A DNA stretch of 64,000 nt from the human T2T-CHM13v2.0 reference genome, Homo sapiens. Below, piece after piece: positions 27,201 to 42,014 of the stretch (positions within the stretch are counted from its first letter, which is position 1; each line of letters starts with the position of its first letter). The translations under genes were made by a program, and so were the position numbers. The notes beneath the pieces are model-generated. The model was not told the origin of the DNA, ran no database searches, and saw nothing but the letters and a program-made list of their open reading frames with translations. Where the stretch lies: NCBI RefSeq assembly GCF_009914755.1, contig NC_060928.1. One strand, given 5' to 3'.

Positions 27201-30200
27201 AAAAACTAGACAGAAGCATTCTCAGAAACTTATTTGTGATGTGTGTCCTCAACTAACAGAGTTGAACCTTTGTTTTGATACAGCATTTTGGAAACACTCC
27301 TTTTGTAGGATCTGCAGGTGGATATTTGGATAGATTTTAAGATTTCGTTGGAAACGGGAGTTTCTTCATAGAAACTCAAGACAGATGCATTCTCAGAAAC
27401 ATCTCTGTGATGTTTGCATTCCACTCATAGATTTGAAAACTTCCTTTCATAGAGCAGGTTTGAAACACTCTTTTTGTAATATTTGGAAGTGGACATTTGC
27501 AGCGCTTTGAGGCCTATGGTGAAAAAGGAAATATCTTCTCATAAAAACCAGAAACAAGCATTCTCAGAAACTTCTTTTTGATGTGTGTACTCAAGTAACA
27601 GAGTTGAACCTTCCTTTTGACACAGCAGTTTTGAAACAATCTTTTTGTAGAATCTGCAAGTGGATATTTGGATAGCTTTGAGGATTTCGTTGGAAACGGG
27701 ATATCTTCATATAAAATCTAGACAGAAGCATTCTCAGAAACTTCTTTGTGCTGTATGTCCTCAATTAACAGAGTTGAACCATTGCTTGGATACAGCATTT
27801 TGGAAACATTCCTTGAGTAGAATCTGCAAGTTGATATTTAGATAGATTTGAAGATTTCGTTGGAAAAGGGAATATCTCCATATAAAATCTAGAGGGAAGC
27901 ATTCTCAGAAACTGCTTTGTGATGTTTCCATTCAAGTCACAGAGTTGAATATTCCCTTTTATAGAGCACGTTTGAAACACTCTTTCTGCACTATCTGGAA
28001 GTGGACATTTCGAGCGCTTTGAGGCCTATGGTGAAAAAGGAAATATCTTCCCATAAAAACTAGACAGAAGCATTCTCAGAAACTTGTTTGTGATGTGTGT
28101 ATTCAACTAACAGAGTTGAACTTTTGTTTTTACAGAGCCGTTTTAAAACACTCTTTTTGTGGAATCAGAAAGTGGATATTCGGATGGCTCTGAGGATTTC
28201 GTTGGAAGCGGGATTACATATAAAATCTAGAGAGAAGCATTCTCAGGAACTTCTTTGTGATGTTTGCATTGAAGTCACAGAATTGAACATTCACTTTGAT
28301 AGAGCAGGTTTGAAACACTCATTCTGTAGTATCTGGAAGTGGACATTTCAAGCGCTTTCAGGCCTATGGTGAGAAAGGAAATATCTTCGAATAAAAACTA
28401 GACAGAAGCATCCTCAGAAACTTATTTGTGATGTGTGTCCTCAACTAACAGAGTTGAAACTTTGTTTTGATACAGCATTTTGGAAACACTCTTTTTGTAG
28501 AATCTGCAGGTGGATATTTGGATAGCTTAGAGGGATTCGTTGGAAAGGGGATATCTTCATATAAAATCTAGACAGAAGCATTCTCAGAAACTTATTTGTG
28601 ATGTGTGTCCTCAACTAACAGAGTTGAACCTTGGTTTTGATACAGCATTTTGGAAACACTCCTTTTGTAGAATCTGCAGGTGGATATGTGGATAGCTCTG
28701 AAGATTTCGTTGGAAACGGGAATTTCTTCATATAAAATCAAACAGAAGCATTCTCAGAAACTTCTCAGTGATGTTTGCATTCAGCTCATGGAGTTGAACA
28801 CTTCCTTTCATAGAGCCGGTTTGAAACACTCTTTCTGCACTACCTGGAAGAGGACATTTCGAGCGCTTTGAGTCCTATGGTGAAAAAGGAAATATCTTCT
28901 CATAAAAACCAGAAAGAAGCATTCTCAGAAACTTCTTTGTGTTGTGTGTACTCATGTAACAGTGTTGAACCATCCTTTTGACAGAGCAGTTTTGAAACAC
29001 TCTTTTTGTAGAATCTGCAAGTGGATATTTGGATAGCTTTGAGGATTTCGTTGGAAACGGGATGACATATAATATCTAGAGAGAAGCATACTCAGGAACT
29101 TCTTTGTGATGTTTGCATTCAAGTCACAGAATTGAACATTCCCTTTCATAGAGCAGGTTTGAAACACTCTTTCTCTAGTATCTGGAAGTGGGCATTTCAA
29201 GCGCTTTCAGGCCTATGGAGAGAAAGGAAATACCTTCAAATAAAAACTAGACAGAAGCATTCTCAGAAACTTATTTGTGATGTGTGTCCTCAACTAACAG
29301 AGTTGAACCTTTGTTTTGATACAGCATTTTGGAAACACTCCTTTTGTAGAATCTGCAGGTGGATATTTGGATAACTTTGAAGATTTCGTTGGAAACCGGA
29401 ATATCTTCATATAAAATCAAGACAGAAGCATTCTCGGAAACATCTCTGTGATGTTTGCATTCAACTCAGTAGAGTTGAACACTTCCTTTCATAGAGCAGG
29501 TTTGAAACACTCTTTCTGCACTACCTGGAAGCGGACATTTCGAGCGCTTTGAGGCCTATGGTGAAAAAGGAAATATCTTCTCATAAAAACCAGAAAGAAG
29601 CATTCTCAGAAACTTCTTTGTGTTGTGTGTACTCAAGTAACAGTGTTGAACCTTCCTTTTGACACAGCAGTTTTGAAACACTCTTTTGGTAGAATCTGCA
29701 AGTGGATATTTGGATAGCTTTGAGGATTTCGTTGGAAACGGGTTGTCTTCATATAAAATCCAGACAGGAGCATTCTCAGAAACTTCTTTGTGCTGCATGT
29801 CCTCAATTCACAGAGCTGAACCTTTGTTTGGATACAGCATTTTGGAAACATTCCTTTAGTAGAATCTGCAAGTTGATATTTAGATAGCTTTGAAGATTTC
29901 GTTGGAAACGGGAATATCTTCATAGAAAATCTAGACGGAAGCATTCTCAGAAACTGCTTTGTGATGTTTGCATTCAAGTCACAGAGTTGAATATTCCCTT
30001 TTATGGAGTAGGTTTGAAACACTCTTTTGGCACTACCTGGAAGTGGATATTTCGAGCTCTTTGAGGCCTATGGTTAAAAGGAAATATCTTCCCATAAAAA
30101 CTAGACAGAAGCCGTCTCAGAAACTTGTTTGTGATGTGTGTATTCAACTAACAGAGTTGAACATTTCTGTTACAGAGCAATTTTAAAACACTCTTTTTGT

Positions 30201-33200
30201 GGAATCTGAAAGTGGATAATTGGATAGCTTTGTGGATTTCGTTGGAAACGGGATGACGTATAAAATCTAGAGAGAAGCATTCTCAGGAACTTCTTTGTGA
30301 TGTTTGCATTCAAGTCACAGAATTGAACATTCCCTTTCATAGAGCAGGTTTGAAACACTCTTTCTCTAGTATCTGGAAGTGGGCATTTCAAGCGCTTTCA
30401 GGCCTATGGAGAGAAAGGAAATACCTTCAAATAAAAACTAGACAGAAGCATTCTCAGAAACTTATTTGTGATGTGTGTCCTCAACTAACAGAGTTGAACC
30501 TTTGTTTTGATACAGCATTTTGGAAACACTCCTTTTGTAGGATCTGCAGGTGGATATTTGGATAGATTTTAAGATTTCGTTGGAAACGGGAGTTTCTTCA
30601 TAGAAACTCAAGACAGATGCATTCTCAGAAACATCTCTGTGATGTTTGCATTCCACTCATAGATTTGAAAACTTCCTTTCATAGAGCAGGTTTGAAACAC
30701 TCTTTTTGTAATATTTGGAAGTGGACATTTGCAGCGCTTTGAGGCCTATGGTGAAAAAGGAAATATCTTCTCATAAAAACCAGAAACAAGCATTCTCAGA
30801 AACTTCTTTTTGATGTGTGTACTCAAGTAACAGAGTTGAACCTTCCTTTTGACACAGCAGTTTTGAAACAATCTTTTTGTAGAATCTGCAAGTGGATATT
30901 TGGATAGCTTTGAGGATTTCGTTGGAAACGGGATATCTTCATATAAAATCTAGACAGAAGCATTCTCAGAAACTTCTTTGTGCTGTATGTCCTCAATTAA
31001 CAGAGTTGAACCATTGCTTGGATACAGCATTTTGGAAACATTCCTTGAGTAGAATCTGCAAGTTGATATTTAGATAGATTTGAAGATTTCGTTGGAAAAG
31101 GGAATATCTCCATATAAAATCTAGAGGGAAGCATTCTCAGAAACTGCTCTGTGATGTTTCCATTCAAGTCACAGAGTTGAATATTCCCTTTTATAGAGCA
31201 CGTTTGAAACACTCTTTCTGCACTATCTGGAAGTGGACATTTCGAGCGCTTTGAGGCCTATGGTGAAAAAGGAAATATCTTCCCATAAAAACTAGACAGA
31301 AGCATTCTCAGAAACTTGTTTGTGATGTGTGTATTCAACTAACAGAGTTGAACTTTTGTTTTTACAGAGCCGTTTTAAAACACTCTTTTTGTGGAATCAG
31401 AAAGTGGATATTCGGATGGCTCTGAGGATTTCGTTGGAAGCGGGATTACATATAAAATCTAGAGAGAAGCATTCTCAGGAACTTCTTTGTGATGTTTGCA
31501 TTGAAGTCACAGAATTGAACATTCACTTTGATAGAGCAGGTTTGAAACACTCATTCTGTAGTATCTGGAAGTGGACATTTCAAGCGCTTTCAGGCCTATG
31601 GTGAGAAAGGAAATATCTTCGAATAAAAACTAGACAGAAGCATCCTCAGAAACTTATTTGTGATGTGTGTCCTCAACTAACAGAGTTGAAACTTTGTTTT
31701 GATACAGCATTTTGGAAACACTCTTTTTGTAGAATCTGCAGGTGGATATTTGGATAGCTTAGAGGGATTCGTTGGAAAGGGGATATCTTCATATAAAATC
31801 TAGACAGAAGCATTCTCAGAAACTTATTTGTGATGTGTGTCCTCAACTAACAGAGTTGAACCTTGGTTTTGATACAGCATTTTGGAAACACTCCTTTTGT
31901 AGAATCTGCAGGTGGATATGTGGATAGCTCTGAAGATTTCGTTGGAAACGGGAATTTCTTCATATAAAATCAAACAGAAGCATTCTCAGAAACTTCTCAG
32001 TGATGTTTGCATTCAGCTCATGGAGTTGAACACTTCCTTTCATAGAGCCGGTTTGAAACACTCTTTCTGCACTACCTGGAAGAGGACATTTCGAGCGCTT
32101 TGAGTCCTATGGTGAAAAAGGAAATATCTTCTCATAAAAACCAGAAAGAAGCATTCTCAGAAACTTCTTTGTGTTGTGTGTACTCATGTAACAGTGTTGA
32201 ACCATCCTTTTGACAGAGCAGTTTTGAAACACTCTTTTTGTAGAATCTGCAAGTGGATATTTGGATAGCTTTGAGGATTTCGTTGGAAACGGGATGACAT
32301 ATAATATCTAGAGAGAAGCATACTCAGGAACTTCTTTGTGATGTTTGCATTCAAGTCACAGAATTGAACATTCCCTTTCATAGAGCAGGTTTGAAACACT
32401 CTTTCTCTAGTATCTGGAAGTGGGCATTTCAAGCGCTTTCAGGCCTATGGAGAGAAAGGAAATACCTTCAAATAAAAACTAGACAGAAGCATTCTCAGAA
32501 ACTTATTTGTGATGTGTGTCCTCAACTAACAGAGTTGAACCTTTGTTTTGATACAGCATTTTGGAAACACTCCTTTTGTAGAATCTGCAGGTGGATATTT
32601 GGATAACTTTGAAGATTTCGTTGGAAACCGGAATATCTTCATATAAAATCAAGACAGAAGCATTCTCGGAAACATCTCTGTGATGTTTGCATTCAACTCA
32701 GTAGAGTTGAACACTTCCTTTCATAGAGCAGGTTTGAAACACTCTTTCTGCACTACCTGGAAGCGGACATTTCGAGCGCTTTGAGGCCTATGGTGAAAAA
32801 GGAAATATCTTCTCATAAAAACCAGAAAGAAGCATTCTCAGAAACTTCTTTGTGTTGTGTGTACTCAAGTAACAGTGTTGAACCTTCCTTTTGACACAGC
32901 AGTTTTGAAACACTCTTTTGGTAGAATCTGCAAGTGGATATTTGGATAGCTTTGAGGATTTCGTTGGAAACGGGTTGTCTTCATATAAAATCCAGACAGG
33001 AGCATTCTCAGAAACTTCTTTGTGCTGCATGTCCTCAATTCACAGAGCTGAACCTTTGTTTGGATACAGCATTTTGGAAACATTCCTTTAGTAGAATCTG
33101 CAAGTTGATATTTAGATAGCTTTGAAGATTTCGTTGGAAACGGGAATATCTTCATAGAAAATCTAGACGGAAGCATTCTCAGAAACTGCTTTGTGATGTT

Positions 33201-36200
33201 TGCATTCAAGTCACAGAGTTGAATATTCCCTTTTATGGAGTAGGTTTGAAACACTCTTTTGGCACTACCTGGAAGTGGATATTTCGAGCTCTTTGAGGCC
33301 TATGGTTAAAAGGAAATATCTTCCCATAAAAACTAGACAGAAGCCGTCTCAGAAACTTGTTTGTGATGTGTGTATTCAACTAACAGAGTTGAACATTTCT
33401 GTTACAGAGCAATTTTAAAACACTCTTTTTGTGGAATCTGAAAGTGGATAATTGGATAGCTTTGTGGATTTCGTTGGAAACGGGATGACGTATAAAATCT
33501 AGAGAGAAGCATTCTCAGGAACTTCTTTGTGATGTTTGCATTCAAGTCACAGAATTGAACATTCCCTTTCATAGAGCAGGTTTGAAACACTCTTTCTCTA
33601 GTATCTGGAAGTGGGCATTTCAAGCGCTTTCAGGCCTATGGAGAGAAAGGAAATACCTTCAAATAAAAACTAGACAGAAGCATTCTCAGAAACTTATTTG
33701 TGATGTGTGTCCTCAACTAACAGAGTTGAACCTTTGTTTTGATACAGCATTTTGGAAACACTCCTTTTGTAGGATCTGCAGGTGGATATTTGGATAGATT
33801 TTAAGATTTCGTTGGAAACGGGAGTTTCTTCATAGAAACTCAAGACAGATGCATTCTCAGAAACATCTCTGTGATGTTTGCATTCCACTCATAGATTTGA
33901 AAACTTCCTTTCATAGAGCAGGTTTGAAACACTCTTTTTGTAATATTTGGAAGTGGACATTTGCAGCGCTTTGAGGCCTATGGTGAAAAAGGAAATATCT
34001 TCTCATAAAAACCAGAAACAAGCATTCTCAGAAACTTCTTTTTGATGTGTGTACTCAAGTAACAGAGTTGAACCTTCCTTTTGACACAGCAGTTTTGAAA
34101 CAATCTTTTTGTAGAATCTGCAAGTGGATATTTGGATAGCTTTGAGGATTTCGTTGGAAACGGGATATCTTCATATAAAATCTAGACAGAAGCATTCTCA
34201 GAAACTTCTTTGTGCTGTATGTCCTCAATTAACAGAGTTGAACCATTGCTTGGATACAGCATTTTGGAAACATTCCTTGAGTAGAATCTGCAAGTTGATA
34301 TTTAGATAGATTTGAAGATTTCGTTGGAAAAGGGAATATCTCCATATAAAATCTAGAGGGAAGCATTCTCAGAAACTGCTTTGTGATGTTTCCATTCAAG
34401 TCACAGAGTTGAATATTCCCTTTTATAGAGCACGTTTGAAACACTCTTTCTGCACTATCTGGAAGTGGACATTTCGAGCGCTTTGAGGCCTATGGTGAAA
34501 AAGGAAATATCTTCCCATAAAAACTAGACAGAAGCATTCTCAGAAACTTGTTTGTGATGTGTGTATTCAACTAACAGAGTTGAACTTTTGTTTTTACAGA
34601 GCCGTTTTAAAACACTCTTTTTGTGGAATCAGAAAGTGGATATTCGGATGGCTCTGAGGATTTCGTTGGAAGCGGGATTACATATAAAATCTAGAGAGAA
34701 GCATTCTCAGGAACTTCTTTGTGATGTTTGCATTGAAGTCACAGAATTGAACATTCACTTTGATAGAGCAGGTTTGAAACACTCATTCTGTAGTATCTGG
34801 AAGTGGACATTTCAAGCGCTTTCAGGCCTATGGTGAGAAAGGAAATATCTTCGAATAAAAACTAGACAGAAGCATCCTCAGAAACTTATTTGTGATGTGT
34901 GTCCTCAACTAACAGAGTTGAAACTTTGTTTTGATACAGCATTTTGGAAACACTCTTTTTGTAGAATCTGCAGGTGGATATTTGGATAGCTTAGAGGGAT
35001 TCGTTGGAAAGGGGATATCTTCATATAAAATCTAGACAGAAGCATTCTCAGAAACTTATTTGTGATGTGTGTCCTCAACTAACAGAGTTGAACCTTGGTT
35101 TTGATACAGCATTTTTGAAACACTCCTTTTGTAGAATCTGCAGGTGGATATGTGGATAGCTCTGAAGATTTCGTTGGAAACGGGAATTTCTTCATATAAA
35201 ATCAAACAGAAGCATTCTCAGAAACTTCTCAGTGATGTTTGCATTCAGCTCATGGAGTTGAACACTTCCTTTCATAGAGCCGGTTTGAAACACTCTTTCT
35301 GCACTACCTGGAAGAGGACATTTCGAGCGCTTTGAGTCCTATGGTGAAAAAGGAAATATCTTCTCATAAAAACCAGAAAGAAGCATTCTCAGAAACTTCT
35401 TTGTGTTGTGTGTACTCATGTAACAGTGTTGAACCATCCTTTTGACAGAGCAGTTTTGAAACACTCTTTTTGTAGAATCTGCAAGTGGATATTTGGATAG
35501 CTTTGAGGATTTCGTTGGAAACGGGATGACATATAATCTCTAGAGAGAAGCATACTCAGGAACTTCTTTGTGATGTTTGCATTCAAGTCACAGAATTGAA
35601 CATTCCCTTTCATAGAGCAGGTTTGAAACACTCTTTCTCTAGTATCTGGAAGTGGGCATTTCAAGCGCTTTCAGGCCTATGGAGAGAAAGGAAATACCTT
35701 CAAATAAAAACTAGACAGAAGCATTCTCAGAAACTTATTTGTGATGTGTGTCCTCAACTAACAGAGTTGAACCTTTGTTTTGATACAGCATTTTGGAAAC
35801 ACTCCTTTTGTAGAATCTGCAGGTGGATATTTGGATAACTTTGAAGATTTCGTTGGAAACCGGAATATCTTCATATAAAATCAAGACAGAAGCATTCTCG
35901 GAAACATCTCTGTGATGTTTGCATTCAACTCAGTAGAGTTGAACACTTCCTTTCATAGAGCAGGTTTGAAACACTCTTTCTGCACTACCTGGAAGCGGAC
36001 ATTTCGAGCGCTTTGAGGCCTATGGTGAAAAAGGAAATATCTTCTCATAAAAACCAGAAAGAAGCATTCTCAGAAACTTCTTTGTGTTGTGTGTACTCAA
36101 GTAACAGTGTTGAACCTTCCTTTTGACACAGCAGTTTTGAAACACTCTTTTGGTAGAATCTGCAAGTGGATATTTGGATAGCTTTGAGGATTTCGTTGGA

Positions 36201-39200
36201 AACGGGTTATCTTCATATAAAATCCAGACAGGAGCATTCTCAGAAACTTCTTTGTGCTGCATGTCCTCAATTCACAGAGCTGAACCTTTGTTTGGATACA
36301 GCATTTTGGAAACATTCCTTTAGTAGAATCTGCAAGTTGATATTTAGATAGCTTTGAAGATTTCGTTGGAAACGGGAATATCTTCATAGAAAATCTAGAT
36401 GGAAGCATTCTCAGAAACTGCTTTGTGATGTTTGCATTCAAGTCACAGAGTTGAATATTCCCTTTTATAGAGTAGGTTTGAAACACTCTTTTGGCACTAC
36501 CTGGAAGTGGATATTTCGAGCTCTTTGAGGCCTATGGTTAAAAGGAAATATCTTCCCATAAAAACTAGACAGAAGCCGTCTCAGAAACTTGTTTGTGATG
36601 TGTGTATTCAGCTAACAGAGTTGAACATTTCTGTTACAGAGCAATTTTAAAACACTCTTTTTGTGGAATCTGAAAGTGGATAATTGGATAGCTTTGTGGA
36701 TTTCGTTGGAAACGGGATGACGTATAAAATCTAGAGAGAAGCATTCTCAGGAACTTCTTTGTGATGTTTGCATTCAAGTCACAGAATTGAACATTCCCTT
36801 TCATAGAGCAGGTTTGAAACACTCTTTCTCTAGTATCTGGAAGTGGGCATTTCAAGCGCTTTCAGGCCTATGGAGAGAAAGGAAATACCTTCAAATAAAA
36901 ACTAGACAGAAGCATTCTCAGAAACTTATTTGTGATGTGTGTCCTCAACTAACAGAGTTGAACCTTTGTTTTGATACAGCATTTTGGAAACACTCCTTTT
37001 GTAGGATCTGCAGGTGGATATTTGGATAGATTTTAAGATTTCGTTGGAAACGGGAGTTTCTTCATAGAAACTCAAGACAGATGCATTCTCAGAAACATCT
37101 CTGTGATGTTTGCATTCCACTCATAGATTTGAAAACTTCCTTTCATAGAGCAGGTTTGAAACACTCTTTTTGTAATATTTGGAAGTGGACATTTGCAGCG
37201 CTTTGAGGCCTATGGTGAAAAAGGAAATATCTTCTCATAAAAACCAGAAACAAGCATTCTCAGAAACTTCTTTTTGATGTGTGTACTCAAGTAACAGAGT
37301 TGAACCTTCCTTTTGACACAGCAGTTTTGAAACAATCTTTTTGTAGAATCTGCAAGTGGATATTTGGATAGCTTTGAGGATTTCGTTGGAAACGGGATAT
37401 CTTCATATAAAATCTAGACAGAAGCATTCTCAGAAACTTCTTTGTGCTGTATGTCCTCAATTAACAGAGTTGAACCATTGCTTGGATACAGCATTTTGGA
37501 AACATTCCTTGAGTAGAATCTGCAAGTTGATATTTAGATAGATTTGAAGATTTCGTTGGAAAAGGGAATATCTCCATATAAAATCTAGAGGGAAGCATTC
37601 TCAGAAACTGCTCTGTGATGTTTCCATTCAAGTCACAGAGTTGAATATTCCCTTTTATAGAGCACGTTTGAAACACTCTTTCTGCACTATCTGGAAGTGG
37701 ACATTTCGAGCGCTTTGAGGCCTATGGTGAAAAAGGAAATATCTTCCCATAAAAACTAGACAGAAGCATTCTCAGAAACTTGTTTGTGATGTGTGTATTC
37801 AACTAACAGAGTTGAACTTTTGTTTTTACAGAGCCGTTTTAAAACACTCTTTTTGTGGAATCAGAAAGTGGATATTCGGATGGCTCTGAGGATTTCGTTG
37901 GAAGCGGGATTACATATAAAATCTAGAGAGAAGCATTCTCAGGAACTTCTTTGTGATGTTTGCATTGAAGTCACAGAATTGAACATTCACTTTGATAGAG
38001 CAGGTTTGAAACACTCATTCTGTAGTATCTGGAAGTGGACATTTCAAGCGCTTTCAGGCCTATGGTGAGAAAGGAAATATCTTCGAATAAAAACTAGACA
38101 GAAGCATCCTCAGAAACTTATTTGTGATGTGTGTCCTCAACTAACAGAGTTGAAACTTTGTTTTGATACAGCATTTTGGAAACACTCTTTTTGTAGAATC
38201 TGCAGGTGGATATTTGGATAGCTTAGAGGGATTCGTTGGAAAGGGGATATCTTCATATAAAATCTAGACAGAAGCATTCTCAGAAACTTATTTGTGATGT
38301 GTGTCCTCAACTAACAGAGTTGAACCTTGGTTTTGATACAGCATTTTGGAAACACTCCTTTTGTAGAATCTGCAGGTGGATATGTGGATAGCTCTGAAGA
38401 TTTCGTTGGAAACGGGAATTTCTTCATATAAAATCAAACAGAAGCATTCTCAGAAACTTCTCAGTGATGTTTGCATTCAGCTCATGGAGTTGAACACTTC
38501 CTTTCATAGAGCCGGTTTGAAACACTCTTTCTGCACTACCTGGAAGAGGACATTTCGAGCGCTTTGAGTCCTATGGTGAAAAAGGAAATATCTTCTCATA
38601 AAAACCAGAAAGAAGCATTCTCAGAAACTTCTTTGTGTTGTGTGTACTCATGTAACAGTGTTGAACCATCCTTTTGACAGAGCAGTTTTGAAACACTCTT
38701 TTTGTAGAATCTGCAAGTGGATATTTGGATAGCTTTGAGGATTTCGTTGGAAACGGGATGACATATAATATCTAGAGAGAAGCATACTCAGGAACTTCTT
38801 TGTGATGTTTGCATTCAAGTCACAGAATTGAACATTCCCTTTCATAGAGCAGGTTTGAAACACTCTTTCTCTAGTATCTGGAAGTGGGCATTTCAAGCGC
38901 TTTCAGGCCTATGGAGAGAAAGGAAATACCTTCAAATAAAAACTAGACAGAAGCATTCTCAGAAACTTATTTGTGATGTGTGTCCTCAACTAACAGAGTT
39001 GAACCTTTGTTTTGATACAGCATTTTGGAAACACTCCTTTTGTAGAATCTGCAGGTGGATATTTGGATAGCTTTGAAGATTTCGTTGGAAACCGGAATAT
39101 CTTCATATAAAATCAAGACAGAAGCATTCTCGGAAACATCTCTGTGATGTTTGCATTCAACTCAGTAGAGTTGAACACTTCCTTTCATAGAGCAGGTTTG

Positions 39201-42014
39201 AAACACTCTTTCTGCACTACCTGGAAGCGGACATTTCGAGCGCTTTGAGGCCTATGGTGAAAAAGGAAATATCTTCTCATAAAAACCAGAAAGAAGCATT
39301 CTCAGAAACTTCTTTGTGTTGTGTGTACTCAAGTAACAGTGTTGAACCTTCCTTTTGACACAGCAGTTTTGAAACACTCTTTTGGTAGAATCTGCAAGTG
39401 GATATTTGGATAGCTTTGAGGATTTCGTTGGAAACGGGTTATCTTCATATAAAATCCAGACAGGAGCATTCTCAGAAACTTCTTTGTGCTGCATGTCCTC
39501 AATTCACAGAGCTGAACCTTTGTTTGGATACAGCATTTTGGAAACATTCCTTTAGTAGAATCTGCAAGTTGATATTTAGATAGCTTTGAAGATTTCGTTG
39601 GAAACGGGAATATCTTCATAGAAAATCTAGACGGAAGCATTCTCAGAAACTGCTTTGTGATGTTTGCATTCAAGTCACAGAGTTGAATATTCCCTTTTAT
39701 AGAGTAGGTTTGAAACACTCTTTTGGCACTACCTGGAAGTGGATATTTCGAGCTCTTTGAGGCCTATGGTTAAAAGGAAATATCTTCCCATAAAAACTAG
39801 ACAGAAGCCGTCTCAGAAACTTGTTTGTGATGTGTGTATTCAGCTAACAGAGTTGAACATTTCTGTTACAGAGCAATTTTAAAACACTCTTTTTGTGGAA
39901 TCTGAAAGTGGATAATTGGATAGCTTTGTGGATTTCGTTGGAAACGGGATGACGTATAAAATCTAGAGAGAAGCATTCTCAGGAACTTCTTTGTGATGTT
40001 TGCATTCAAGTCACAGAATTGAACATTCCCTTTCATAGAGCAGGTTTGAAACACTCTTTCTCTAGTATCTGGAAGTGGGCATTTCAAGCGCTTTCAGGCC
40101 TATGGAGAGAAAGGAAATACCTTCAAATAAAAACTAGACAGAAGCATTCTCAGAAACTTATTTGTGATGTGTGTCCTCAACTAACAGAGTTGAACCTTTG
40201 TTTTGATACAGCATTTTGGAAACACTCCTTTTGTAGGATCTGCAGGTGGATATTTGGATAGATTTTAAGATTTCGTTGGAAACGGGAGTTTCTTCATAGA
40301 AACTCAAGACAGATGCATTCTCAGAAACATCTCTGTGATGTTTGCATTCCACTCATAGATTTGAAAACTTCCTTTCATAGAGCAGGTTTGAAACACTCTT
40401 TTTGTAATATTTGGAAGTGGACATTTGCAGCGCTTTGAGGCCTATGGTGAAAAAGGAAATATCTTCTCATAAAAACCAGAAACAAGCATTCTCAGAAACT
40501 TCTTTTTGATGTGTGTACTCAAGTAACAGAGTTGAACCTTCCTTTTGACACAGCAGTTTTGAAACAATCTTTTTGTAGAATCTGCAAGTGGATATTTGGA
40601 TAGCTTTGAGGATTTCGTTGGAAACGGGATATCTTCATATAAAATCTAGACAGAAGCATTCTCAAAAACTTCTTTGTGCTGTATGTCCTCAATTAACAGA
40701 GTTGAACCATTGCTTGGATACAGCATTTTGGAAACATTCCTTGAGTAGAATCTGCAAGTTGATATTTAGATAGATTTGAAGATTTCGTTGGAAAAGGGAA
40801 TATCTCCATATAAAATCTAGAGGGAAGCATTCTCAGAAACTGCTCTGTGATGTTTCCATTCAAGTCACAGAGTTGAATATTCCCTTTTATAGAGCACGTT
40901 TGAAACACTCTTTCTGCACTATCTGGAAGTGGACATTTCGAGCGCTTTGAGGCCTATGGTGAAAAAGGAAATATCTTCCCATAAAAACCAGACAGAAGCA
41001 TTCTCAGAAACTTGTTTGTGATGTGTGTATTCAACTAACAGAGTTGAACTTTTGTTTTTACAGAGCCGTTTTAAAACACTCTTTTTGTGGAATCAGAAAG
41101 TGGATATTCGGATGGCTCTGAGGATTTCGTTGGAAGCGGGATTACATATAAAATCTAGAGAGAAGCATTCTCAGGAACTTCTTTGTGATGTTTGCATTGA
41201 AGTCACAGAATTGAACATTCACTTTGATAGAGCAGGTTTGAAACACTCATTCTGTAGTATCTGGAAGTGGACATTTCAAGCGCTTTCAGGCCTATGGTGA
41301 GAAAGGAAATATCTTCGAATAAAAACTAGACAGAAGCATCCTCAGAAACTTATTTGTGATGTGTGTCCTCAACTAACAGAGTTGAAACTTTGTTTTGATA
41401 CAGCATTTTGGAAACACTCTTTTTGTAGAATCTGCAGGTGGATATTTGGATAGCTTAGAGGGATTCGTTGGAAAGGGGATATCTTCATATAAAATCTAGA
41501 CAGAAGCATTCTCAGAAACTTATTTGTGATGTGTGTCCTCAACTAACAGAGTTGAACCTTGGTTTTGATACAGCATTTTGGAAACGCTCCTTTTGTAGAA
41601 TCTACAGGTGGATATGTGGATAGCTCTGAAGATTTCGTTGGAAACGGGAATTTCTTCATATAAAATCAAACAGAAGCATTCTCAGAAACTTCTCAGTGAT
41701 GTTTGCATTCAGCTCATGGAGTTGAACACTTCCTTTCATAGAACCGGTTTGAAACACTCTTTCTGCACTACCTGTAAGAGGACATTTCGAGCGCTTTGAG
41801 TCCTATGGTGAAAAAGGAAATATCTTCTCATAAAAACCAGAAAGAAGCATTCTCAGAAACTTCTTTGTGTTGTGTGTACTCATGTAACAGTGTTGAACCA
41901 TCCTTTTGACAGAGCAGTTTTGAAACACTCTTTTTGTAGAATCTGCAAGTGGATATTTGGATAGCTTTGAGGATTTCGTTGGAAACGGGATGACATATAA
42001 TATCTAGAGAGAAG

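Larger units (their letters stand above)
1..42014 (+). repeat. Run of 13 consecutive canonical 19-mer HORs (U1-U13)
   Basis: Exact 3,232-bp periodicity of the ORF track (44 to 42060 = 13 x 3232) with no net indel. Only scattered SNVs between copies. Confidence 0.97.

Noticed and set aside
20272-33418. 72-aa ORF found only in U7-U11
   Set aside because: Created by a single TAG>TGG change in satellite DNA. Useful as a haplotype marker, not evidence of a gene.
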